Assembly: GCF_006345805.1 (NCBI RefSeq)
Contig: NW_021824697.1
Coordinates: 1-38,000 of the forward strand
From: Octopus sinensis
Lineage: Eukaryota
Direction: 5' to 3'
DNA: 38,000 nucleotides
The notes beneath the pieces are model-generated. The model did no database searches. It was not told the origin of the DNA and saw only the letters and a list, made by a program, of their open reading frames with translations. The position numbers and the translations under genes were made by a program. The first letter of the stretch is position 1. Each line of letters starts with the position of its first letter. This document shows, piece after piece, positions 25,985 through 37,905 of the stretch.

Positions 25985-26195
25985 AAAGTCCGATCTTCTT
26001 CATCTTGAGGAAGGATTCAATACTGTAACAGTTTAGGGTTCAAGGGTCTACAGATTTTCAATGCTTTGCCAGAGATCTACAAACCATAGATGTGGACGTG
26101 TTCACAATAACACATCCAAATTTTTATCTGTGAAACCAGCTGAACCCACATCAAAGCCAGAAACGTAACTAAGGACTTCCTCACTCACTGGAAAT
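25985..26195 (+). mobile_element. Decayed 3' end of a CR1-group LINE ORF2
   Basis: Plus frames give RIQYCNSLGFKGLQIFNALPEI and FLSVKPAEPTSKPET, resembling the CR1-type C-terminal GxxxFNxLP ... FLxxxPDEP pattern. It is frameshifted. Confidence 0.55.
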
Positions 26196-26269
26196 AAACA
26201 TGAAGTGAGAGAGAGAGAGAAAGGGAGAGGGAGAGAGGGAGAGAGAGAGCTGAAGAAAGGAAATGAAAT

Positions 26270-26455
26270 AAAGTAAGAACCACACCAATGGAGGTGCCCC
26301 AGTATGGTCACAACCTCTGACTGAAATGAATAGGAGTTAAAGTAAAATGGATCAATTAATAATCATTAATTGATCCATTTTACTTTAACTCCTATTCATT
26401 TCAGTCAGAGGTTGTGACCATACTGGGGCACCTCCATTGGTGTGGTTCTTACTTT
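26270..26455. repeat. Perfect palindrome: 91-bp arms with a 4-nt spacer
   Basis: 26270-26360 is the exact reverse complement of 26365-26455, with spacer AATC. Confidence 0.95.
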
Positions 26456-28889
26456 GCAAACGAAATGAAAAATGCAGGTAAAATTTTATAATATTTCAGG
26501 TGAGAAAAAGGCATGAAAGCTTCTGATTGATAAGAAAAAGGTGAATTGTGATTATTTTTGACATGAAAATGGGGAGAACAAAAAAAATAACCTGATGCTA
26601 AATTGAGGAATGGTAGCTCCTGAGACATTAGAAGGAATTGATTACCATATTTATAACTTGCTTCATGTAAAACAATGAAGAATTCTCTGAGAAAAGATAT
26701 CTATTTTGGGGGTGGGGGAGTTTTATTGGATTTTCTCGTGTTTTATTTTTGATAATGTTTCAGTTTTGAATATCCATGAGACGTTGTTGTTGTTAGGATT
26801 GTTGTTGTTGTTGTATCAGTTCCTGTGTTTTTCTATTTTAAGGGTTTTTTTTCCCATGATTTTATTTATTTTCTTTGTCTATTATTTAATAAAGAATTTG
26901 TTAATATTGCAATTTGAAGATTACATTTCAGCTTTCTTTTCCAATGAAAGACCGTTATTTCAAGACTCTAAGAATAAATGTAGAAAGTGGATATTAATAT
27001 TTAATAAAAATATTACATGTCAATTTACATTATTATCTACACTATCATATAGAGGACGAAATCTATAAATATGCCCAGTATTGTCTGCAAGTACCATCCC
27101 CCTCTCTCTCTCTTTCTCTCTCTCATTCTCTCTCATCTCCACCAGTCAAATCTTCATTATGGTGCTGCTATTATTATAGTGAAACATTCTTGCTTTGGGC
27201 ATATGTTTGCTAAATAGTTCTCCTTTTGCCAAATGGTATCCAGACTGTACAAGCTGCTAAAGATGATTTAAATTAACGAGAGGAAAAGCAAGGGGAGGTC
27301 ACTTAATGTCGGAACAATACCGAGTCATTGTGCTTTGGGGTAAGATTATTATAGTCAACAATAGTGCTGAGTTTTCAATATCACTCAATGAAAAGCAATG
27401 GTGCCTGAAAGAATAATATAAATTAAATCACCTATAGAAAAATTTCACATGAATTAACAAACATTTTAGATGCGAGAGACAAATAAAACTGAAAAAGAGA
27501 AAAAAAAAGAGAAACAAAAATTGCTGAAGAAAAATTATGATGGTGGTCTTACAAGATGGGTAAATAGAAAATGCAAAAATATTGGAAATTAGGTAAAATT
27601 AGACTTTAAGAAAAGCAACGAAAAAATAATTTACAAAAATATAAATGTAGATATGGTTTTTAAATTAAAAAAGACATTTAGAAAAAAAATTAAAAATAAG
27701 CATGTTGGGAAATATTTAAAAAAAAAAATAATCTTATTGTAGGAGAATGTCTTTTATTTAATTATTGAATGTAATAAAAACTTTAGCAATGAGACCAATG
27801 CTAACAGGAAGATCGGCCTGTTGTAACTAATGAAGCCTCAACTATAGAATTTACCATAGCAGAATTAAAATTCAATAGAATCAGTGAAATTTGCTTTATT
27901 TCGCCTCTTTGCAATTTTCTAAATTAATTTTCAGCAAATAGACAGAAGAGTAGGTCTAATTGAAATTCCATTAATAAAGTAATCTTGCTTATTAGCCAGA
28001 AACTAGATCAATAGTAGGAGAAACACGTCGTCTAATTGGTCCATTAATTGGGATACAGAAACGAGCTGAGCGCTTTCCAAAATACATTTCCTATTCAATG
28101 AAACCATTTCTGATGGAATTTGATAATTTTTTTTCTTAGTGAAATATTCTATTTTTCTTTTTTAGGGAATTTTAATCAAATGATTAAAAATTAAAATATA
28201 AGATTAGTCTTCATACCCCATGCCCCAACAAAACACAAAGAAAGAAATAACATTTGGAAGTTTTTACGGGGTTTTTTTCTGCTAATTTTGTATATTTTGT
28301 TATATTTAGGACAAGGAAATATATAATGATAAAGGGTAATGGTGGGTGTAAGGGACAGTTGGTTTTTAGTACCAGATCAGCAAGACTGAAGATCAAAGGC
28401 TTTCTTACCATGACCATCTCTTATGTACAAGGAACACAACACCATCTCAATAAGCATGTGCTTCATTTTAAGACAGTGAGCTGTGATTTAAGAGAGGTTT
28501 GCTTCTATTTCCAGTATGTCAACTGGAAATGCCCTTGTTGGCTCATAGGGGGATTATTTTACTCCCAGATATTCATAGTTTTGCACAGACCAGACATTTC
28601 TTGCCCTGGCAGCAAATTATATTGGATAAAATTAAAATACACAGACAGAAAGATAAAAATTTAGGGAGATAAAAATTTGGTTCCAAGGTCTGAGAAATCC
28701 TGGGATTATTTATTAACAAATCTGATGAGTATAAAGAGAGAGTCGTGGTTTCAATTCCCATGGTACAACTGCATTGAAACAATGGTGGTGGCAGGTCCAA
28801 TTCCAGACAAGTACCAGTGCCACAGTCTGTCATGTGTTGTCATGGCAACCCTTCTCTCAGTGTGTGAGTGGTGATGATATGGTCATCAG

Positions 28890-29112
28890 TGGACATTGAA
28901 TCTCTAGACTGCATTTGAACTCAAGACATAAAGTGTCAGAATTGACATGGCATGTCTCTAAAATTGTATCAATTCTATTAATCCAGTGTTCTAGAATGGT
29001 GTTTTCTTTATTAATCTTGGAAGGATGAAAGTTGGAGTTGACCCTGGCAAGATTTGAACCTAGCGTACAGACAACCAGAACAAATACCACAAGACATGCT
29101 AGCTGGTGCTCT
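28890..29112 (-). mobile_element. Decayed tRNA-derived SINE (head and body)
   Basis: The reverse complement gagtcagtagagcacc...ggttcaaatcttgccagggtcaactccaactttcatccttcc has A-box-like and B-box-like (GGTTCAAATC) elements. Confidence 0.55.
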
Positions 29113-29234
29113 ACTGACTCTTAATTTTTTGTCTGTAATAAAATATTCTTCTGAAACAGTGGAAAACATCTTCTAGATGCAAAAGAATCAATTTGGCGCT
29201 ATGAATCACATTTTTCTAATTAAAACAGAATTAT

Positions 29235-29500
29235 TAAGTAGTAGTAGTAGTAGAGTGGGGGCATGTGCCATAATAGGGCATTGCTGCACCCACTATTTGT
29301 TTGTGGTCCCCTATTACTCCTGGTGGATGACACTCAGGCGACAAACCTCCAGCCTATGGGTCTGTTTTGGGTGATCATTGCTGGTGAGAGTTCTACGAGG
29401 TCAGAGTGCAAATCCTACCTCAACCTCTTTTAGTCACAGGCAGAGGAAACGTTGGGTCTATTCTATGACACGCTGATCCCCACACAGCACTGCTTACATT
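29235..29500 (-). mobile_element. Decayed 3' end of an RTE-type LINE
   Basis: A minus frame gives TQNRPIGWRFVA*VSSTRSNRG, similar to the RTE C-terminal AQDRxxWRxxVxxLCSxxxxR. A short (CTA)n tail follows (plus-strand agtagtagtagtag at ~29237-29252). Confidence 0.45.
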
Positions 29501-30015
29501 TAATTTACACGGGACAAGGACTTGGTATTGAAGTTGTCAAGATTTCAAAATTTGGTCCATTTTATGCTGTTGTTAGAGCCACATCTGATAATGTAATAAA
29601 TTATTGAATAATGTAGAAATGTGAACAAGTGTAACAAGGAGAGTGGGGGGGGGATAAGGAAAGGTTGAAAGAAAAATTTTGTTATATTTTGAAATGGTTA
29701 TATTCATAATTATTGTTTGTTAGAAATATTAATTTTTTGCAACAAAATACAATTTCAAAGATCAATTGTTGATGCTGACCCAGAGTTCAGGCATGACAAT
29801 TTAGTTTTCTTTCCCAAAACAACAAAAAACATATGTATTTCACTTTTTATCTTTCTTTTTTTTTTTATAGTTCAATCAAAGATATTTGACATTGATTCAC
29901 TCTTCAGAACTTAATACCATTTTTACATGCGACAGAAGTTCTTATTTCAATATATACTGTGTATTAATGCACACACACACACACACGAATATATATATAT
30001 TATACATACATGTAT

Positions 30016-30057
<42 letters not shown>

Positions 30058-30367
30058 CACACACACACACACTATATATATATAATATATATATATATAT
30101 GTGTGTAAATATATATATATATATATGTACATATATGTATATGTATATGTATATACATATATGTTTTTATGTTGAGTTTATTAATAACAATTTAATGTTA
30201 AACTAAAGGATTATTCAATACATTTTGTTGAGTTCATATTGTTTTATACTTTTGCAAGAGCAGTGCTGACACTGACTTTGAAGTCTGGGCCCACTAGCCT
30301 TTATCAGCAAGTCTAATGAATGCCTGAAACTTCAAAGTCACTATCAACACTATTCTTGCAAAAGTAT

Positions 30368-30405
<38 letters not shown>

Positions 30406-30562
30406 CACACATATGCCTACATACACACATACAACAATACTAAGATATTCCTTACATAGAAAAAAGATTTTCTTTGTCAAGTTTGATCTACATTTAGGTT
30501 TTTTTTTTCTAGTGAGTTTGAATTTCATTTATTATTTGAAAAAATATTGGACAGTGCCTTAC

Positions 30563-30684
30563 CATAAATTCTTGGATCATACTGATATTCATTTCCATCT
30601 AACCGACTTTTTTTCAATTTTTCCAATGTCTCCGGGCTAGCGTGAATAGATGGACTGCGTTTGGGGGGTCTTCCTGGTCTGGCA
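30563..30684 (-). CDS. dac: Internal coding exon of a dachshund homolog (end of DD1/Ski-Sno-Dac box plus downstream basic segment)
   Basis: Minus strand reads ttttcatttctgttgacag|T GCC AGA CCA GGA AGA CCC CCC AAA CGC ... ATT TAT G|gtaagg, with a canonical acceptor (pyrimidine tract) and donor. The peptide (S)ARPGRPPKRSPSIHASPETLEKLKKSRLDGNEYQYDPRIY matches the dachshund signature S-S/A-RPGRPPKR, followed by a KK-x-R-L-D/E-x-x-E-Y segment like arthropod Dac. The exon is 122 nt, entering in phase 2 and leaving in phase 1. No other dac exon was recognised in the window. Confidence 0.9.
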
Positions 30685-31014
30685 CTGTCAACAGAAATGA
30701 AAATTCTTGTATCAAATGGAAGCAAGAATACTTTTGAAGCATCAAATATTTTAATTTAATTTCATATTAATAATACATTCCCTCCACCACCCATCTCATC
30801 TTTATGACTTGGCTACTGTAATCACCTCAGAACAAAACAGGTATACTACATCCTGCCTTCTTAGAATCATTTCCATTTCTCATTATCATCCCTGCCCATG
30901 CTGTTTCTACTAGTTGCCTCCTCTTCTACCTTTGGCCATTGCTGTTCTCTGCTATACATGTATATATATATACATATATGTATCAACATATATACTTAAG
31001 TGAATATTTTTACA

Positions 31015-31094
31015 TGCATACATACATACATACATACATACACACATACATACACACATACGCACATACATACATACATACATACATACATACA

Positions 31095-31130
<36 letters not shown>

Positions 31131-31135
31131 TATAT
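31015..31135. repeat. (CATA)n array ending in (TA)n
   Basis: Direct reading. It abuts the 5' end of the R4/Dong-type copy. Confidence 0.95.
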
Positions 31136-31768
31136 GCTTAAAAATGTCATCAAAGTACTACTTCCCTATGCAACATGATGTCATCGCAAAGACAATACAC
31201 AATGCCATCCAGAAAAAAAAAAACCTGTCCTGGAATAAATCTAGAAAATCCCCTGTTATTGAATACCTACACTTCAGCACAAAGAATACTGGTGGCACAT
31301 TCCCATCAAAACATCTGTCAAAAGTAAGCATAACAGGCCAGATATTGTTGTTTGGGACAAACAAGGAAAAGTATTTCCCATCATAGAAGCTAGATGTCCT
31401 GCTGATACAATATCTCTTTAAAAATCGAAGAGAAAGAAGATAACTATGGGCAGCTGCTTTGAAACTTCCAGCTTCTATATCTGGATTACAAATTTACATT
31501 TATACTAATAATGATAATTGGTGCACTTGGTTTTGTGAATGAATGTCTGAGTGACAATCTGGGTAAGCTTGGGTTTTCAGAAAAAGAAAGCAACCAACTG
31601 ATTCACATGTTACTTTTACAATCTGTAAGTGGAACAGTAAAATTATGCAAGACTTTATTCAAGTTTAAAATGTGACATCATTTCGTTAACTACACTGCAA
31701 TGATGGAGCTTGATATCTTTGTCAGAAACCAACCCCTTCTTCAAAAGAAGAATTTCAATAACTAAAAA
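31136..31768 (+). mobile_element. Second, more truncated copy of the same R4/Dong-type family (RLE domain plus 3' UTR)
   Basis: Collinear with the reverse complement of ~13550-14190. Shared segments include aaaatgtc..tactac, aagaatactggtgg, cataacaggcc(a/g)gatattgttgtttg, ccagcttctatatc, ataattgg(t/a)gcact, gtggaacagtaaaa and aaatgtga..gttaactaca. It ends in aataactaaaaa and is disrupted by stops and frameshifts. Confidence 0.85.
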
Positions 31769-31794
31769 CAGAAGAGAACATATATATATATATA

Positions 31795-31848
31795 TCTTTT
31801 ACTTGTTTCAGTCATTAGACTGTGGCCATGCTGGGGCACCACCTTGAA
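31795..31848 (-). mobile_element. SINE tail fragment
   Basis: tcttttacttgtttcagtcattagactgtggccatgctggggcaccaccttgaa, the same tail family as 1-139. Confidence 0.75.
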
Positions 31849-32934
31849 TATGTGTGTGTGTGTGTGTGTGTGTGTTGTTATGTCAATATATTTCTAGATC
31901 TATGCTAATGCATGTTAGCAGATCATATTTTATAAATTAATATAACCTGCCAGTTTCCAACAGAAGATAATCAACAGATATGTGTTGATTAATAAAATTT
32001 CTTAAGAATAATAATTGAAGTTAGAATATTTAAAAAGTAAAAGAAAGAAAGAAACAATCTATAAATTGAAAAAAGAAACAAAATATTTTCGTTGCAGCAT
32101 TCCTCCATTTCTATAGAATTCTCAATTTATTTTAAGAAATTCCAAGTTTCTTTACTTTGATGTAAAATGGACGGCGGCGAAGGATGGGAGAATAACAAAC
32201 AAGGATGGAAACCAATTTAAGATAAACAAATCAAAGAGAAATGGTGAAAGAAGAAGAACATGAAGATCTATGTCAAACAATAAGAATTGGAATCTGTCTT
32301 TGATTAATTTCCTTCAAGAAAATCTGTCTTTGTTCACTGAATTATTGTTTTTGAGATTAGTTAGAATATTTGGTGTGTGATCTTTGGTAATTCTGTTCAA
32401 ATAAGAAATGTCTAACTGTCTTGTGGAAATGCTTGAGAATGCATAACCAGCTAAGATGGTATTATTTGTGAACGGAATTACATGTGAAGGAGTGGTGGAG
32501 CAGTTCTCTTTCGGATTATTAGTCTGCGATAATGAATCGTGTGGATAGAATCCCCAGTGACATGCAAATGGTTGTTTCTGTTTAGTTTTCATTATATTTC
32601 TCACAGACATTCATACCTGCAGGGGTGCTTGCCTCTCACCCACCCCCTCCATCACACACACACACACACAATTGGCACTGACAATTGTCAATAATATTGT
32701 TTTTGAACATCAACTGACATTAAGCTGATGAGGATGGGGGTGGGGAGAGAGAGAGAGAGAGACAGACTGACAGAGAAAGTTAGAAGATAATAGTATTGAA
32801 AGATTAAGAGAGAAATACAGGTGGAGAGAGAAATGAGACAAAGGAAGACAGAGCAGCTTAAAGAGGGAGAAAGAAAGAGAAAGGTATATAAAGGGTGGCA
32901 GACTGAGAGATAGGTAGATAGATAGATACAGAGA

Positions 32935-32970
<36 letters not shown>

Positions 32971-33311
32971 CAGAAATTTGAGGTTTTGAGAGAAATGAAA
33001 GAGGAAAGGTGGATGAAAAAGAATAAAAAGTGATGCAGAATTTCTTGAGATGTCATTTAAGATTAGGGCAAATTACACAAAGTTGATAGAAATAGCTGAA
33101 ACTGTTAAATCTATCTGTCTGTCTGTCTGTCAATCTTTCTGTCTGTCTGTCTGCCTGTCTGCCTGCCTGACTCCTTCTGTCTTTCTCTCTTTATATATAT
33201 ATACATACATGTGTGCATTTGTGTGTATGTATGTTTTCATCTGAGATCACAGTGATGTGTAATGAGTTGTAAGGTAAATAAATTTTTTATATACATACAT
33301 ATATATATACT

Positions 33312-33448
33312 TCATCATCATCATCATCGTTTAACGTCCGTTCTCCATGCTAGCATGGGTTGGACGGTTCGACCGGGGTTCTGGGAAGCCAGAAGGCTGC
33401 ACCAGGCTCCAGTCTAATTTGGCAATGTTTCTACAGCTGGATGCCCTT
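33312..33448 (-). mobile_element. 3' fragment of the same (GAT)n-tailed SINE
   Basis: 33327-33448 is identical to 3750-3871 on base-by-base reading. Confidence 0.8.
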
Positions 33449-33501
33449 TCTATACTTATTTTCTATATATGTATATATATATACATATACATATATATAT
33501 A

Positions 33502-33537
<36 letters not shown>

Positions 33538-33570
33538 TATATGTATTATATATATATATATATATATATC

Positions 33571-33953
33571 CTGTAAATAATAACAATAGTGTTTTTGTAA
33601 GCTTGAAGCTTATAAGCAATCGCTGTGCAATGACTAAAGAAAATAGTCTGATGTTGGGGCATAGAAGCCCTTGACAGAAAAATATAGGTTTTCCCGTATG
33701 CATGGGACTCGAACCCACATGTCTTTGTTTATGCAAGTCTGCTACCAATTACACCAGTGAACCTAATTGGTAGCACACTTGGCTGTGTAAACAAGAGGTG
33801 TGAGTTCGAGTCCCATGTATACAGGAAAACCAACGTTTTCCTGTTGAAGGCTTCTATGCCCCAACGTCAGACTATTTTCTTTAGTCTGAAGTCGTTGTGC
33901 AGTGATTGCTTATAAGCTTCAAGCTTATAAAATACTATTATTATTATTTACAG
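33571..33953. mobile_element. 383-bp fold-back (MITE-like) element of two head-to-head tRNA-like units
   Basis: Arms 33571-33751 and 33764-33953 are imperfect inverted repeats around a 12-nt loop. Each arm carries an A box (taattggtagca) and a B box (g(g/a)gttcgagtccc). Confidence 0.75.
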
Positions 33954-34129
33954 AATTGTAAAAATCAACACTGCTTAACAGAACCATTCACATATATATA
34001 TATACACACACACATATACATGCATGTATATATGTATATCTATTTGTATATTATATATATTTATAGATAGGCAGATAGAAAGACAGATAGATAAAGAGAG
34101 AGATAGGTAGACAGATTGATATAAGAGAG

Positions 34130-34183
<54 letters not shown>

Positions 34184-34261
34184 GCAATCTATGTATGTCT
34201 ATGTCTGTATGACTTTCTATTTATTTCAAATTTATCAAATTTCATAACCCAAATCTATCTT

Positions 34262-34330
34262 AGAAGACACTAATTCATGGTGCCGTGCAGAGGAATTGAA
34301 TCCAGAACCTCTCAGTAAGGAAGCAAACTT
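34262..34330 (-). mobile_element. tRNA-SINE head fragment
   Basis: The reverse complement is aagtttgcttccc..ggttctggattcaattcctctgcacggcacc..gtgtcttct, with a B-box-like GATTCAATTCC. Confidence 0.5.
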
Positions 34331-35539
34331 GTCAGTCTCCTGGAAGCAATAAACTTTGATACACAACTTGTAGAAATTCCTGTCTGTAGGATTCCTGGCA
34401 ACTCCCACAGAACTTTATTCTAGAGATAAAGCGATTATTTTTACGTAATCTTCAGTAACAAAACTTTTCTCTCTCATTTGGAATTTTATTTTAAGCACCA
34501 AAAATGGCCATGATTCAGTGACTGTCGCTAATTAGTGCCATAATGGTTTCATGTTGTCCTCTATTTAATTTTGGATCATTTAAAACTCTATTTAATGTGT
34601 TTTAATGTTGTTCTTGTCTAAATTATTTATTGAATGTAATTCTGGAGTGTAATCTGATGAACAATTGCATCTAACAAAATTACAGGCAGAATATTCTATT
34701 ATAATTTACCTAATTACAAATAGTATTGAGATTTCGTTGATAATGGCAATTATCATGATGATAAAGAACTTAAATGCAAAACACAAAAGAAGAAAGAAAG
34801 AAAAAAAAGTAAAGAAAAAGAGAAAAGGATAATTAGGGGAATTGGCGTCAAGAAGAAAAGCCTGAAAAGATTCTGTTAATGATTAGAAATGGACAAATTT
34901 ATCAGTTTATCTGGGAAAATTCATAAGTCATAAAGGTAATCTAATTGGTTGTTTTCTCTTGTGAAAATGGAAGATCAATAAATATATATTAGAGCGAAAT
35001 AATACTTGTTTGGCTGAGCCGAGTGAAGCTCTGAGAAATCAATGCCATGTTAATAGAACTGAACTTAGTTTCAGGCAGCCGAGCGATGAACAAACATCCC
35101 AGGAGGATTGTCCATGGACAGAAAAAGCCAAGTTACAGTAGGGAAATAAATAAATAAATGTAAATAAATAAATAAAATCAAAATTAGAAACAAAAAACAA
35201 CTTTTTTTTGTCTGGGTTGCTTTGTTGTTTGGAGTGGTTCTCTTTAAAAATGGTAATACATCTAGCCATGTAAAGGCAGAATATCTGCAAGGTTACGCAT
35301 ATGTCTTGAAGACACTTCAATGGTAAAAACTTATTGAAAATAGATAGATAAATATTGGAAGAGGGAGGGGAGAGGGAGAGAGAGGGAGAGGGAAGGAAAG
35401 AGAGAGAGAGAGACATGGGGTTAAATGGAAAACATAATTATTTGCATCTGGTTGGCATCAGTCAATAGTGGCTTTTTCTGTGGTTTTCTCATAAGAATTC
35501 TTCCTTTTCTATATTCTAGATGAAAAGAAAATGCAATTA

Positions 35540-35640
35540 GAGAGTAGGGGGAGAGAGAGAGGGGGGAAGAGAGAGAGGGGAGAGGGAGAGAGAAAGTGAG
35601 AGCCAGTTTTGGAAGATTTGTTGTTCCTCTGCGAAAGAGC

Positions 35641-35715
<75 letters not shown>

Positions 35716-35750
35716 GAGGGGGAAGGAGAGGAAGAGATGAAAAGAAGAAA
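35540..35750. repeat. (GA)n-rich polypurine tract
   Basis: Direct reading. Similar tracts lie at 32740-32985 and 34120-34180. Confidence 0.9.
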
Positions 35751-36687
35751 GAATTACACAAGTAGTTTGTTGAAATAAATGAAATTATAAAATTTGTTTT
35801 TGCAGCACGTATTTCAGTTTGGAATGGTGAGAATATCATTTCATTGATTAAACACAGAGAAACAAAGAAAGAAACCAACAAACAAACTGTCTTTTATGGC
35901 AGTTTATGGCAGCAACAAAAAAGCAGAAAGAATTAAAGGAAATCTTAAAGCTGGTTGTCTTAATAGCTAACAGAGGAATAGTGGTTGGTTTGGTAACTTC
36001 AAAGCTTTCCATGTTCAGTTGTACTGGACACAGTCAGTTGTAGAGGATTGTAAATTTAAGCAGCAAATATTAGCTAATGTCTTTTAAAATGAGGAGAGGG
36101 TTCTCTACAATCGATCAATTTATTCAAAAGATGTGTTTAAATACAGAAACATATTTTTTTCTATTCTAATTGAATAGTTTATGAGGTGGTTATTGTCGTT
36201 ATTGTTCATGGGTTTTTTTTTTTGGTGGGTTTGTATGTGTTTGTGTGTATATTTGTTTTTGTGTGTGCATTTGCGATAGAGTGAGTGAGAATGTGTGTAT
36301 CAATTGTCAGAAACAAAATTTCTATAAAAAAAAATACCTAAAGGAAAAATCTGAGAAAAATCACCATGACAGTAGCTTTTTCAGGTTTAAGAATGGAGAA
36401 AAGAAAAGAAAAGAAAAAGTATTTTTGAGGATTAATATTGAATAATTATTTTATTTTTATGTATAAAAAATAAAGAAAGAAAGGAAAGTGTTTGATAAAG
36501 TGATCTACCTTACAATTAGAATGGTTTAATGTGAAACGAAGAATCAGAAGTTGATTTAATGACTGTTGGAAGTGAAGAAGGAAAATGAAAAAAATATCTT
36601 CTTTTATACACTCACATAAAAATATATTCATACATGCACACACATGCATTCCATAATACATACCTACATACATACATACATACACAC

Positions 36688-36718
<31 letters not shown>

Positions 36719-37039
36719 ATAATATATATATATATATTATCAAGTATTAAATAAATGGTTTTAAAATGTGGCAATGGTGAATTTCATGGCAATTAAATTA
36801 TGCAAACATAAAAGGAAAAAACTGCTGAGAGAAAGTATTTTACTTCGAACATTTAAAGAAAAACATTTTCCTTTTTTAAAATGGAAACAAAATAAAAAAG
36901 GGTAAAGAAACAATGAATGAAAGTAACTCAAAAGAAATTAATTTAAACAAAACGAAATCTATGAGAAAACAAATTGCGTTCCTTGTAAAACAGAATGGTT
37001 AAACTACTGGCAAATAAAGAGATAATTCTCCATTCTGTT

Positions 37040-37046
37040 AATAATA

Positions 37047-37084
<38 letters not shown>

Positions 37085-37403
37085 AGTAATAATAATAATA
37101 ACAATAATAATAATCATAGAGTTGGGTTTTTTGTTGACGTTTTAAACCACAGAAGATATAATTGTGCTTTAGAAAAAAGAAAAAAACCCCAGAAAAATCT
37201 ATCATTCTGTTTTGATTCTTGATTGATTTCTATGGAACGAATTTATGTGAGATGTTATCTAAATAAGAATTCTGTGAAAATATGCCAAACTTCTGTGAGT
37301 AAATTATTAAAACTTAAAATAAGAAAAATATTGAAACAACAGAAATGAAGCAGTTTATATTTCGTTGAAGTTTTATTTAAGAAAAATAGCAAAATGATAA
37401 CAA

Positions 37404-37457
<54 letters not shown>

Positions 37458-37470
37458 CATCATCATCAAG
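37040..37470. repeat. (GAT)n and (AAT)n arrays
   Basis: Arrays at ~37046-37112 and ~37405-37468. Confidence 0.9.
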
Positions 37471-37809
37471 TGACATAAAATATTCTCATTGTGGAAACTC
37501 CATCATAAAAAAATATGTAACAATCAGAAATAGAAAAGATGAAATATTTAATAAATGTTGCTATATATAATTATACATACATACAAACATATGTGTATGT
37601 ATATGTGTGTGTATGTGTGTATATATATATATTTATATGAGATATTATATATATATAATAATATATATAATTATATATATATAAAATATCTCATTTATTT
37701 AGTGTGTTGGTAACGTTTTTTGTGATGCAAGATCTATCACATATTTATATTTAGTGTCACATGTAATGATGTGCAGCCTTGCAGTAAATATGCATATGCT
37801 AGGAGACCC

Positions 37810-37905
37810 ATGGCAGTTGGGTTTAGCATAGTTTCAATTGCTGGGCTAGGCAGTGCCCTGTGTCCTCGAGACAGATACTTCATTTCATAGTGCCCCAGTG
37901 TATTT
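37810..37905 (+). mobile_element. Decayed SINE-like fragment
   Basis: gtttcaattgctgggctaggcagtgccctgtgtcctcgagacagatacttcatttcatagtgccccagtg resembles a B box followed by a tgtgtccttgagcaag-type SINE core. Confidence 0.35.

Noticed and set aside
33755-33830. Intact tRNA gene
   Set aside because: A and B boxes are present but I could not fold a full cloverleaf with an acceptor stem. It is treated as a tRNA-derived repeat.
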